Position numbers and translations under genes: made by a program | The notes under the pieces: model-generated | Told to the model about the DNA's origin: nothing | Seen by the model: the letters and a program-made list of their open reading frames with translations, nothing else | The model's database searches: none | Assembly (NCBI GenBank): GCA_963815195.1 | Contig: CAWFGE010000023.1 | Coordinates: 352,001 to 416,000, forward strand | Length of the DNA stretch: 64,000 nucleotides | Reading direction: 5' to 3' | Source of the DNA: an uncultured Planctomycetaceae bacterium | GTDB lineage: Bacteria; Planctomycetota; Planctomycetia; Planctomycetales; Planctomycetaceae | Part shown: positions 37,884 through 46,417 of the stretch, piece after piece | Numbering within the stretch: position 1 is the stretch's first letter | Layout: every line of letters starts with the position of its first letter

Positions 37884-39419
37884 ATGCTTGCCAAGTTGTT
37901 GACGTATTCGCTGTTCGGGATTGATGCCAAGCCCGTCGATGTCGAAGTGGATATTTCCCCCGCCGCGATGCCCAAAACGATTCTGGTGGGTCTCGCCGAA
38001 GCCGCGGTGCGGGAAAGCACGTTCCGCATCGAACGGGCTTTGGTCAACAGCGGCTACACCCGCCCGATCGACCGCATCGTCATCAATCTCTCGCCCGCCG
38101 ATCTTCCCAAGGACGCCGCGTCTTTCGATTTGCCGATCGCACTCGGGATCCTCACGGCCAGTGCGCAGCTCGAATCCGAGAAATTCCGCGACTACTCCGT
38201 CGTGGGCGAGTTGGCCTTGGACGGTTCGGTCCGGCCGATCAAAGGGGCCCTGTCGATGGCGGTCTCGGCGAAGGAGCAGGGCCGGCGGGGATTGTTGGTT
38301 CCCGTCGCCAATGCCGCCGAAGCCGCGGTCGTCGAGGACATCGAAATCATCGCCATCGACTCGCTCGCCGAGGCCGTGGGATTTTTCTCCGATCAACTGC
38401 CGATCCCGCCGACCGAGTTCTCCTGGAACGCGGCCGTCGAACAGTTCGGCCGGTATTCCATCGACTATGCCGACGTCAAAGGCCAGGAAATGGCCAAACG
38501 CGCGGTGACCGTCGCCGCCAGCGGCGGCCATCACCTGCTGATGATCGGCAGCCCCGGCACCGGAAAAACCTTATTAGCCCAACGCCTGGGCACGATCTTG
38601 CCGCAACTCGCCCCGGAAGAAAGCCTGGAGACGACCCGCATCTGGAGTGCGATGGGCCGGTTGAACTCGGGGGAATCCCTCAAACTGCTCCGGCCGTTTC
38701 AGTCGCCGCATCACACGGTGAGCGAGGCGGGCCTCGTCGGCGGAGGCAGCACGCCCACGCCCGGCGAAATTTCGATGGCCCATAACGGGGTGTTGTTCCT
38801 CGACGAGTTGCCCGAGTTCAACCGCCGGACGCTGGAAGTGCTTCGCCAGCCGCTCGAAGAAAACTGCGTCACGATCTCCCGGGCCATCGGCAGCATGACC
38901 TTCCCCGCCAACCTGATGCTCGTCGCGGCGATGAATCCCTGCCCCTGCGGCTTCCGCGGCGATCCGCGCCGGCAGTGCAATTGCAGCCCCATGCAGATTG
39001 AACGCTACCTGGGCCGGATCAGCGGGCCGCTCTTGGACCGGATCGACATTCACATCGAAGTCCCGCCCGTGCCCTTTCGCGAGCTGTCGGACAAAACGCC
39101 CGGCACCACGAGCGCCCAGATGAAAGAGCAAGTCCTCGCCGCCCGCGCGCTTCAGAAAAAACGGTTTCGCGGGGCCCCCACGTTGCTTAACGGCAAAATG
39201 GCCCCCCGCCAAATCCGCAGCCACTGCCAATTGGACGAATCCGCCGAGCAGCTATTAAAAACCGCAATGGAAGACATGGGCCTCTCCGCGAGGGCCCACG
39301 ACAAAATCCTCCGCATCAGCCGCACGATCGCCGACTTGGACCAAAGCGATTCCATCACCGCGGTGCACCTGAGCGAAGCGATCAACTACAGGACGCTGGA
39401 TAGGACATATTGGCATTGA
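37884..39419 (+). CDS. comM: YifB/ComM family Mg-chelatase-like AAA+ ATPase
   Basis: INLSPADLPK, GSPGTGKT, FQSPHHT, LFLDELPEF, MNPCPCG, ISGPLLDRID, SRTIADL. Confidence 0.93.
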   Translation: MLAKLLTYSLFGIDAKPVDVEVDISPAAMPKTILVGLAEAAVRESTFRIERALVNSGYTRPIDRIVINLSPADLPKDAASFDLPIALGILTASAQLESEKFRDYSVVGELALDGSVRPIKGALSMAVSAKEQGRRGLLVPVANAAEAAVVEDIEIIAIDSLAEAVGFFSDQLPIPPTEFSWNAAVEQFGRYSIDYADVKGQEMAKRAVTVAASGGHHLLMIGSPGTGKTLLAQRLGTILPQLAPEESLETTRIWSAMGRLNSGESLKLLRPFQSPHHTVSEAGLVGGGSTPTPGEISMAHNGVLFLDELPEFNRRTLEVLRQPLEENCVTISRAIGSMTFPANLMLVAAMNPCPCGFRGDPRRQCNCSPMQIERYLGRISGPLLDRIDIHIEVPPVPFRELSDKTPGTTSAQMKEQVLAARALQKKRFRGAPTLLNGKMAPRQIRSHCQLDESAEQLLKTAMEDMGLSARAHDKILRISRTIADLDQSDSITAVHLSEAINYRTLDRTYWH

Positions 39420-39517
39420 AAACCGTAGCCCACCGAAAAACCACTGGAGATCCATCGTTGGTGGGCGATGCCCACCCTACTTACTACAGGACGCTGGATA
39501 GGACATATTGGCATTGA
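39385..39517. repeat. Exact 35-bp direct repeat of the comM 3' end flanking a GTAG REP doublet
   Basis: ACTACAGGACGCTGGATAGGACATATTGGCATTGA at 39385-39419 and 39483-39517; spacer holds GTAGCCCACC...GGTGGGCGATGCCCACCCTAC. Confidence 0.92.
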
Positions 39518-39811
39518 GTTGTGGGGGAACCAAGAATTGCGTTTGGCGGCGCGGACGCCGCGAAATCTGCGACAGGAGGTCATCTTCCACCGACTAACAC
39601 CAACCCGCCTGAATTCCAATTACCGCTGAACCAAGACAGTCGTGGGATCCGCCGGCGAAGCGCTGACCTCGGTTGTCGAGCGCCGCCGACTTCGCTGAAA
39701 ACCGGCACCATAGGAAGCCGGTTGTCCAATCGGGGGGAAAGAGGAGCCGTTATCAAAGAAGAGGATCACAGAAGCATTTCTTATAGCTCTGGTTCCGCCT
39801 CGATGGATGTA

Positions 39812-40194
39812 TTAGGCCTCGGCGACGTGCGCGGCGACTTCTTCGGCGGACAAGGGGTTCCCGTCTTCGTCCCAGATCATCAGGTGCTCTTCGAGAGCGG
39901 AAATGGTGACGGATGTGTCCTGGCCGTCGGCGTCTTCCAACTCGTAGCCGCATTCGCGGAGTTTTTCTTCGTGCTCCGAACCTTTTTCGATCAAACCATC
40001 ATCTTTGATCGCCCGCCACCAATGCAGATGGCTCCAGTCCCGGCGAACGGTTTTCAGACAGGTGACGACCGTGCGGCCGTTCGCCCCGGCGCTGAAACCC
40101 TGCGCCCGGCGATGCTGCTAAATGTCGCGACCTTATCGGCGCGCTTGAGTTCCCAGAGAATTTCCGCCACTTCTTGAGCACGGGAAGATGCCAT
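39812..40194 (-). CDS. Small conserved-looking protein, MGMT/ATL-like DNA-binding fold; frameshift near 40100
   Basis: MASSRAQEVAEILWELKRADKVATFSSIA joins GFSAGANGRTVVTCLKTVRRDWSHLHWWRAIKDDG... with one added base; WWR resembles the ATL PWHRV motif. Confidence 0.55.
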
Positions 40195-40478
40195 GTTCGG
40201 CCTCACAATACGAACCCAGACAAACCCAACCCTTGGGTCCGCTCCAAAATACGATCTTGGCCGCCGACGGGTTGGAAGAAGATCCGGCTGGTTTTTCAGA
40301 CTTCTTACGCACGAAAAATCAGACCATGCCGGATATGAACCACTCTTCTTTAATCTACCAAAAAAGTCGATTTCTCTCAACCCCTTTACCTGAATCCACC
40401 CCTCGCATAAAAGAAGGCGGGGGAGATTGGGAGCATGGGAGATCACGCTCGGCCCCAGGAAAAGGGACAAAAATCAAA

Positions 40479-40922
40479 ATGGACAAACTGTACAACGCCC
40501 ACGGCATCCGCTTTCGCTATCCGGGCGATTGGGAGCTTTCGGAACAGGAGGACGGCGGCGATGTGACGGTCACCGTCGCCAGCCGGGAAACGTCGTTCTG
40601 GACGATTTCGCTGTTGGACGGGCGGCCCGATCCAGAGCGGGTGCTTCGCGAAGCCCTCGACACCTTTCACGGAGAGTACGCCGAACTGGACGAGTATCCC
40701 GCCCAGGCGAAAATCCACGAAACCCCCTGCGAAGCCCGCGACTTGCAGTTCGTCCAATACGAACTGATCAATAGCGCCTTCCTGCGGGTGTGCCCGGCGG
40801 GATCCATGACGGCGCTGGTATTGTATCAAGGCACCGACCACGAACTGGAACACACCCGCCCGATCCTGGAGGCGATTACCCAGAGCCTGGAATGGGGGCC
40901 CTTCGAAAAAACGCTTCCATGA
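40479..40922 (+). CDS. Hypothetical protein (PsbP/Mog1-like fold possible)
   Basis: MDKLYNAHGIRFRYPGDWELSEQ...; acidic, 147 aa; FxYPxxW N-terminal motif. Confidence 0.7.
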   Translation: MDKLYNAHGIRFRYPGDWELSEQEDGGDVTVTVASRETSFWTISLLDGRPDPERVLREALDTFHGEYAELDEYPAQAKIHETPCEARDLQFVQYELINSAFLRVCPAGSMTALVLYQGTDHELEHTRPILEAITQSLEWGPFEKTLP

Positions 40923-40947
40923 TCAGCGCGGGCCGGCTGATGAGTTC

Positions 40948-43900
40948 TTACAGCAACTCCAACAGCGGTTGGCTAAAAACCTGATCGAGTCCGCTCTCGG
41001 CCGAGGCGTTGTTGGGGAAGCCGGCGTCCGGAATGAACGGCAACGACGCGCTACTGGAAATCTGCGGAACCGTGGAACCGCCCACATGCACGCCGCTGCG
41101 GAAGTGGGGGTTGAAGATCAACGTACTGGAATCCAGCACGCTGCCCGAGGCATCAAACAGGCGGACGAAGGATTGGCTGCCGCGACCGGGTCCCACAAGG
41201 ATTTCCGCAATGCCGTCGCCGTTCACATCGGTCACGCCCACGAAGATGCCGGTGGTCTGGTTGGCATCGAAGGCGAAGAAGTTGGCGACGGTCTGAAGCG
41301 TCAAACCGTCGAACGCTTTCACGTTCGGTCCGCCGCCGGCCCCGGCTCCGGTGATGATTTCCGGGACGCCGTCGCCCGCGACATTGCCGACGGCCACGCT
41401 CACGCCGCCGGTGAAGCCGGCATCGTAGGCGTAGAAGTCGTGAATCATTCCCTGACTTTGGGCGTCAAACACCCGCACGTCCGGTCCGCCTCCCGGTCCC
41501 GCGCCCGTGACGATGTCCGCGTACCAATCCAGATTAAAGTCGCCTGCGGCCACGGTCACGCCGCCGGTAAAGGCGGGATTGAACGCGTAGAAATCGCGGA
41601 CCATCGTTTGGGTTTGGCCGTCAAATACGCGGACGTTTGGCCCGCCGCCCGCTCCGGCTCCCGTGATGATGTCCGGGACGCCGTCGCCCGTGACATCGCC
41701 CGCCGCGACAAACACGCCGCCGGTGAAGTTCGCGCTGTAGGCAAAGTAGCTCGCGATTGTCTGGCCGGTCAGGCCGTCGAAGACTTTGACGTGCGGCCCG
41801 CCGCCCGGTCCCGCCCCGGTGATGACGTCGGGGACGCCGTCGCCGTTGACATCCGCCGCCGCGACCCGCACTCCGCCGCGGAAGTTAAAGTCATACGCAT
41901 AAAAATTGTGCAGCACCTCGCCGGTGGCGGCGTTTTTGACGATGACCTGCGGCGGCATGGATTCCGTGCCCGTCCCGGAACCGGCTCCGAAAACTTCGAT
42001 GGTTTCGTCGTTGAGGATCTCGCCTGTCGCCGAGCCCGTGGTGATGATCGATCCGGCCGCGGGAGTCGTGAGGTTCACGGTGAAGGTTTCGTTCCGTTCC
42101 AGTTCCACATCGCCTTGAACGCTGACGTCGATTGCTTGTTGTGTCTGGCCGTCGGCAAACTGCACGGTTCCCGAAAGCCGCGCGCCGGCGGCGAAATCGT
42201 TCGCATCCGCCGTGATGCCCGCGATGAAATAATCCACCGAGGACGTGCCGAAGGAATGACTGCGGGTCACGAGAAACGTAAAGACCGTCACGCCGGCGTT
42301 GCCTTCCAGCTTGTACGCATCGAATGGGAAAATGTCGAAGGTCGACTGTTGATATTCCACCGCTCCGATGTCGACGCCGCCCGCAGCGTTCGGGATCCCT
42401 GGTATGTCCACGCTGCGCGGAAAGCCGATCCCGCGCTGATCGGTGTCGAGCGGCACATCATCGCTGGTGCCGATCAACCCGTCAGGACCGGGATCGACGG
42501 CGAACGCATTGTTGCCGGCATCGACGGCGCGGCCTGTCAGCACCAATTGATGCGTGTCCGTGGGTCCGCCGTTATTTTGGAGCACCGGATCGAGAATCTG
42601 ATCCAAAGGCAACAATCCGCCGGCTCCATTGCCCACAAGGTTGCCGTTCATGCCTTCGACCAGCCCCCCGGCGGAATTGGGATCGCCGATGAGGTTGTAG
42701 CCGCTCTCGGAATTGACAAATTGCCCGCCTAGGTCGTCGGGTGTTCTGCTCGATCCTTTGACGTTGCCCGCCACGATGGTGTTGTCCAAAGTGGTCGAGG
42801 CTTCGGTCTCCGTCCAAATTCCACCGCCGGCAGTCATGGAATCAAAGCCGACCGAGGTAACGACGAGATCGGTGCCGTCGGCGGTGAGGGTATCGGTGCC
42901 GTCGGCGGCGGTGACAATGTCCTGGTTCGCGCTGGGATTCAACGACCCGTTGCCGCCGTCGAAGATAAGATAATCCCCATCCTCGCCGGACAAGGTCGCA
43001 TTGTTGGAGGCTTCATTCGGGTCGACGAGAGTCAAGCTGTCGTTGCCCAGTCCGCCGGGGTTCGAGTCGTTTCCAGCCCCTGCGGCGAGGAGCTCGTTGT
43101 TCGCCCCGTCGCTAAGGATCAGGTTGTTCCCGTCCCCGCCGAACAGGAAATCATTGGCGTCGCCGGCGCTGATGGTTTCGTAGTTGGCGGCCCAGTTGTC
43201 CACGACGGTGCTATTGACGACCGTCAGGCTACCCTGATTGTTGATCCCCCCGCCGACACCCGAGGCGAAATTGCGGGAGAGGGTGGAGTTGGTGACCGTG
43301 GCTTCTCCGAAGTTGTAAATCCCGCCGCCTTGGAATCCGGCGTTATTGTTGGAAATGGTGGTGTTCTGAATCAGCACGGAACCGGAGGAGTTCGACACGC
43401 CTCCGCCATAGTCCGCCGAGTTGTTGGTGATCGTGCTGTTTGAAATGGAGACGTGGCCGGAGTCGTTGTACACTCCGCCGCCCTCACCCCCGCCTTCGAA
43501 ACCAACCGCACGGCTTGCCTCAATGACCAGATCATCGAGAGTTAAGTCGGCAGACTGGTTATAGATCGCGCCCCCGAAGGCTGCATACCCGTTTGCCAGG
43601 GTCAGCCCGGAAATGGAAACGCCGATCGAACCGCTCACATCGAAGATCCCCGTTTCCCCGATCGCATCGATCGTGAATTGGCTCGAGCCGGGGCCGATGA
43701 TGACCAGGTCGTCGGTAATGGAGAATTCCCCCGAGGCAAGCGTCAGCGTGCTGCCCTGGAGGCTGCTGGAGAAGGTGATCGTGTCGATCTCGTCCGCCGG
43801 TCCCACACCCGGCTGTCCCGCGGCGGCGTCGCCGAATTGCATATTCGTATTCGCCGCGAGGATCGCTTCCCGCAGGCTCACCAGGCCGTCGTCGGTATTG

Positions 43901-44064
43901 GGGACATCGTCCAGCGTGTCGACGACGTAGTTCGTCAACAACAGCCGCTGCTCCAGCGACTGGATTTCGCCGGGAAGGACACGAAACGGACGCCGTGCGC
44001 GGTGCCGGGCGGTCCAGCGAGGCGTTCTGGTTCTCCAGTTTCGCAGCCAATGGATGAGCAACAT
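40948..44064 (-). CDS. Surface protein: CSLREA-like start, Pmp-like repeats, Calx-beta, FG-GAP repeats
   Basis: LEQRLLL motif; SLREAI; GGGIYN repeats; LQNNGGPTDTH; Calx-beta (EGNAG...GDVELERNETF..ILNDE); repeated GDVxGDGVPDIITGAG. Confidence 0.88.
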   Translation of the reverse strand: MLLIHWLRNWRTRTPRWTARHRARRPFRVLPGEIQSLEQRLLLTNYVVDTLDDVPNTDDGLVSLREAILAANTNMQFGDAAAGQPGVGPADEIDTITFSSSLQGSTLTLASGEFSITDDLVIIGPGSSQFTIDAIGETGIFDVSGSIGVSISGLTLANGYAAFGGAIYNQSADLTLDDLVIEASRAVGFEGGGEGGGVYNDSGHVSISNSTITNNSADYGGGVSNSSGSVLIQNTTISNNNAGFQGGGIYNFGEATVTNSTLSRNFASGVGGGINNQGSLTVVNSTVVDNWAANYETISAGDANDFLFGGDGNNLILSDGANNELLAAGAGNDSNPGGLGNDSLTLVDPNEASNNATLSGEDGDYLIFDGGNGSLNPSANQDIVTAADGTDTLTADGTDLVVTSVGFDSMTAGGGIWTETEASTTLDNTIVAGNVKGSSRTPDDLGGQFVNSESGYNLIGDPNSAGGLVEGMNGNLVGNGAGGLLPLDQILDPVLQNNGGPTDTHQLVLTGRAVDAGNNAFAVDPGPDGLIGTSDDVPLDTDQRGIGFPRSVDIPGIPNAAGGVDIGAVEYQQSTFDIFPFDAYKLEGNAGVTVFTFLVTRSHSFGTSSVDYFIAGITADANDFAAGARLSGTVQFADGQTQQAIDVSVQGDVELERNETFTVNLTTPAAGSIITTGSATGEILNDETIEVFGAGSGTGTESMPPQVIVKNAATGEVLHNFYAYDFNFRGGVRVAAADVNGDGVPDVITGAGPGGGPHVKVFDGLTGQTIASYFAYSANFTGGVFVAAGDVTGDGVPDIITGAGAGGGPNVRVFDGQTQTMVRDFYAFNPAFTGGVTVAAGDFNLDWYADIVTGAGPGGGPDVRVFDAQSQGMIHDFYAYDAGFTGGVSVAVGNVAGDGVPEIITGAGAGGGPNVKAFDGLTLQTVANFFAFDANQTTGIFVGVTDVNGDGIAEILVGPGRGSQSFVRLFDASGSVLDSSTLIFNPHFRSGVHVGGSTVPQISSSASLPFIPDAGFPNNASAESGLDQVFSQPLLELL

Positions 44065-44226
44065 CAAAGCGCCTTCGGATAGAATTCAATCAATGGAGCA
44101 GACTATCCGCCCACCATATCCTGCCGAGGAATCCTCAGTCAAGATAGGAAGCCAGGGTAGACCTGGGGATCCGGTAGAATCTTGAAGGGGCTGGTTGCTT
44201 CGAAACGGTCGCGACCGCGTGTTGCC

Positions 44227-44260
44227 AAAAAAAAACCCGCCGGGCGGGAAGACCGGCGGG
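44227..44260 (-). terminator. Intrinsic terminator
   Basis: CCCGCCGG/CCGGCGGG stem followed by T9 on the minus strand, downstream of 44291-46108. Confidence 0.8.
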
Positions 44261-44290
44261 CGAGTGCAGAGCAAATCGGCGGGGCGGATA

Positions 44291-46108
44291 TTACCGGTTA
44301 AAGGGCGCGGTCAGGAGCGACAGCGGGTTGGTGCCCATGCCCCCCCGGCCGAAGTACCAGTTGAACGAAACGCGGGCTTCGCCGTCGAACAACTGATCCG
44401 ACCCATTGCCGATGGGCGCGACATAAGCCGCGGTGAGCATGGAGTTTTGTTTGAGCTGGATCGAAGCACCAACCAGCGCGTTCAAGATTTGCACTCCGTT
44501 TTGGTGGCTGCCGACCTGGAAGAGGCCGTTCTGCACCACGTCGGAACTCTGCAGCGAACGGTTGTAATGCAATTCGGCCGTCGGGGCGATGCCCGAGAGG
44601 AAACTGCCGGGGTTGTTGTTGCGGTACACCCAATAGCCCATGCCCATGTCGAGATACATGTAGGTCGAATCGTTCGCGACGCCCGCCTTGCGAAGGCCGT
44701 TGCCGTACAGATTCATGTCCACCGGGTTCCCGTTGGAATCGAAATCGAACTGCAAAAACCCCTGGGCGAACATGCGGTTGTTGGGCACCACGACCGCCCC
44801 CAAGAAGGGCATCAGATGCACAGAGTTGTTCCGCACGCGAACCAAAGGCGTCCCGTTGCTCATCGACACGCGGATGTCCTGTCCGGTCGGCAGCGACGTG
44901 GCCAAACCGCCGGCGATGGCGTAATTGTTGGTCCGGTAAAGCAGGCTCTTGAGCGCGAGGTAAATGTTCCCAAACTGGATCTGGTTCGTGTTCGTCGATC
45001 CGTCCACCAGCAGGTTATTGCTGAGCGTGGTGGCGAAGGGGAATCGGCATTCCAAAGAGGAGTTGCCGCCGAAGAACGTCTTCTCAAACCCCGGACTGAA
45101 GCGGTTGACATTCACCCCGCCGGGAAACAAGGGCGTGTTGTCGAAATAGTTGTAGCTCATGAACACGCGGTCGCGGGGGATGGGGCTTGTGTTCTCGGCG
45201 ATTTTCTGCCGGCCCACGAGCACGCCGCCGGTGCTGGGGCTGACGGTGGGAATCACCACAATCGGCGATTGCCCGTTGCCGCGGGTGATGACATAAACCG
45301 GCGCATTGGGGAACATGTCATTCGAGGTCTGATCGTGGACGTTGGCGGTGTCGGGCGTTTTGGTGGCGGTGAAGAGATATTGGTTATCGCTGCCGGGCGG
45401 GAAACCGTATTGCGTCAGATTGACGCCTTGCAGTCCCGAGACCATTCCCGGTTGCACCGGGTCGCCGTTCTGCTGGAAGGCGAACATGTAACCTTCCGGC
45501 GTCACGAAGAACGCGGAGCTTCCCCCGCCTCCGCCTTGGAATCCCACGGGCGTCAGGGATTCGTTGATCAGATGGAAATCGTTGATGCCCTGCTGCGTCG
45601 GCATGCCGCCCACCGAGGTCGCGTGCAAAATCCCCCGGCCGATAATCAGCGGCACGTTGAACTGCCCCGTCCCTCCGCCGAAGAAATCCCCGATCATCGC
45701 GGGCGCGTTGCCGAATGCCACGTCCGGCGATCCCAACCCTGCTTGGGGGGTGGAGAGCGCGAACTGGGGCGTCTCCGGCGGATTCGCCGTGAGATCCGGG
45801 TTGGTGTCCGGCAAGGTAATCGGCGGCGTCGTCTCCGGCGGCGTCTTTTCTGGAGGCGTTTTCTCTGGTGGCATCTTCTCTGGTGGGGTTTTCTCTGGCG
45901 GCGTTGGCACGGGCGACCAGGGATGCATCTGCGGAGACTGCGGGATGGGATGGGCACAGCCCGGCGGCAACGCAGCGCACGACCGGACGGAAGAATGCGG
46001 CCAAATCCCCTGTGGTGATGCGGTTTGTGCCGAACCGATCGCCGGGAACATGCCGACGGCCCCCGCCAACAACACCGCCGACCCCGCGCGTTTCCAACCG
46101 AGAAGCAT
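44291..46108 (-). CDS. Secreted protein with Pro-rich N-terminus and probable outer-membrane beta-barrel C-terminus
   Basis: RBS GGAGG; signal peptide; (T/M)PPE(K/T) x5; alternating amphipathic strands (DRVFMSYNYF, GFEKTF, TAELHY, FNWYFG). Confidence 0.7.
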   Translation of the reverse strand: MLLGWKRAGSAVLLAGAVGMFPAIGSAQTASPQGIWPHSSVRSCAALPPGCAHPIPQSPQMHPWSPVPTPPEKTPPEKMPPEKTPPEKTPPETTPPITLPDTNPDLTANPPETPQFALSTPQAGLGSPDVAFGNAPAMIGDFFGGGTGQFNVPLIIGRGILHATSVGGMPTQQGINDFHLINESLTPVGFQGGGGGSSAFFVTPEGYMFAFQQNGDPVQPGMVSGLQGVNLTQYGFPPGSDNQYLFTATKTPDTANVHDQTSNDMFPNAPVYVITRGNGQSPIVVIPTVSPSTGGVLVGRQKIAENTSPIPRDRVFMSYNYFDNTPLFPGGVNVNRFSPGFEKTFFGGNSSLECRFPFATTLSNNLLVDGSTNTNQIQFGNIYLALKSLLYRTNNYAIAGGLATSLPTGQDIRVSMSNGTPLVRVRNNSVHLMPFLGAVVVPNNRMFAQGFLQFDFDSNGNPVDMNLYGNGLRKAGVANDSTYMYLDMGMGYWVYRNNNPGSFLSGIAPTAELHYNRSLQSSDVVQNGLFQVGSHQNGVQILNALVGASIQLKQNSMLTAAYVAPIGNGSDQLFDGEARVSFNWYFGRGGMGTNPLSLLTAPFNR

Positions 46109-46417
46109 AGGATTCCTCCATGAATGCAATGCGAGCGAAATGCGGAACACCCGGTGCGAGGAGAGAATCCCCAAATGGACGAAGGGTTCCACCTCCAACA
46201 ATCGGCAAATCCGCGCCACCTGTCAGAAACGAATCCGCCCAAGTCCGCAAAATCCCGGCATCCGCCCCGCCGCCGCTCCGACTCCTTAGATTGGGTAAAC
46301 TTTGAGGGGCCCTCACGCGTCTTGACCGCGTGTGATAGAATGAGACATGGGCGGAGAACCGACGGAGATTCAAAAGCAGCCGGCATCGGCCGGTGAAACC
46401 AATACAAGGAGAAACAC

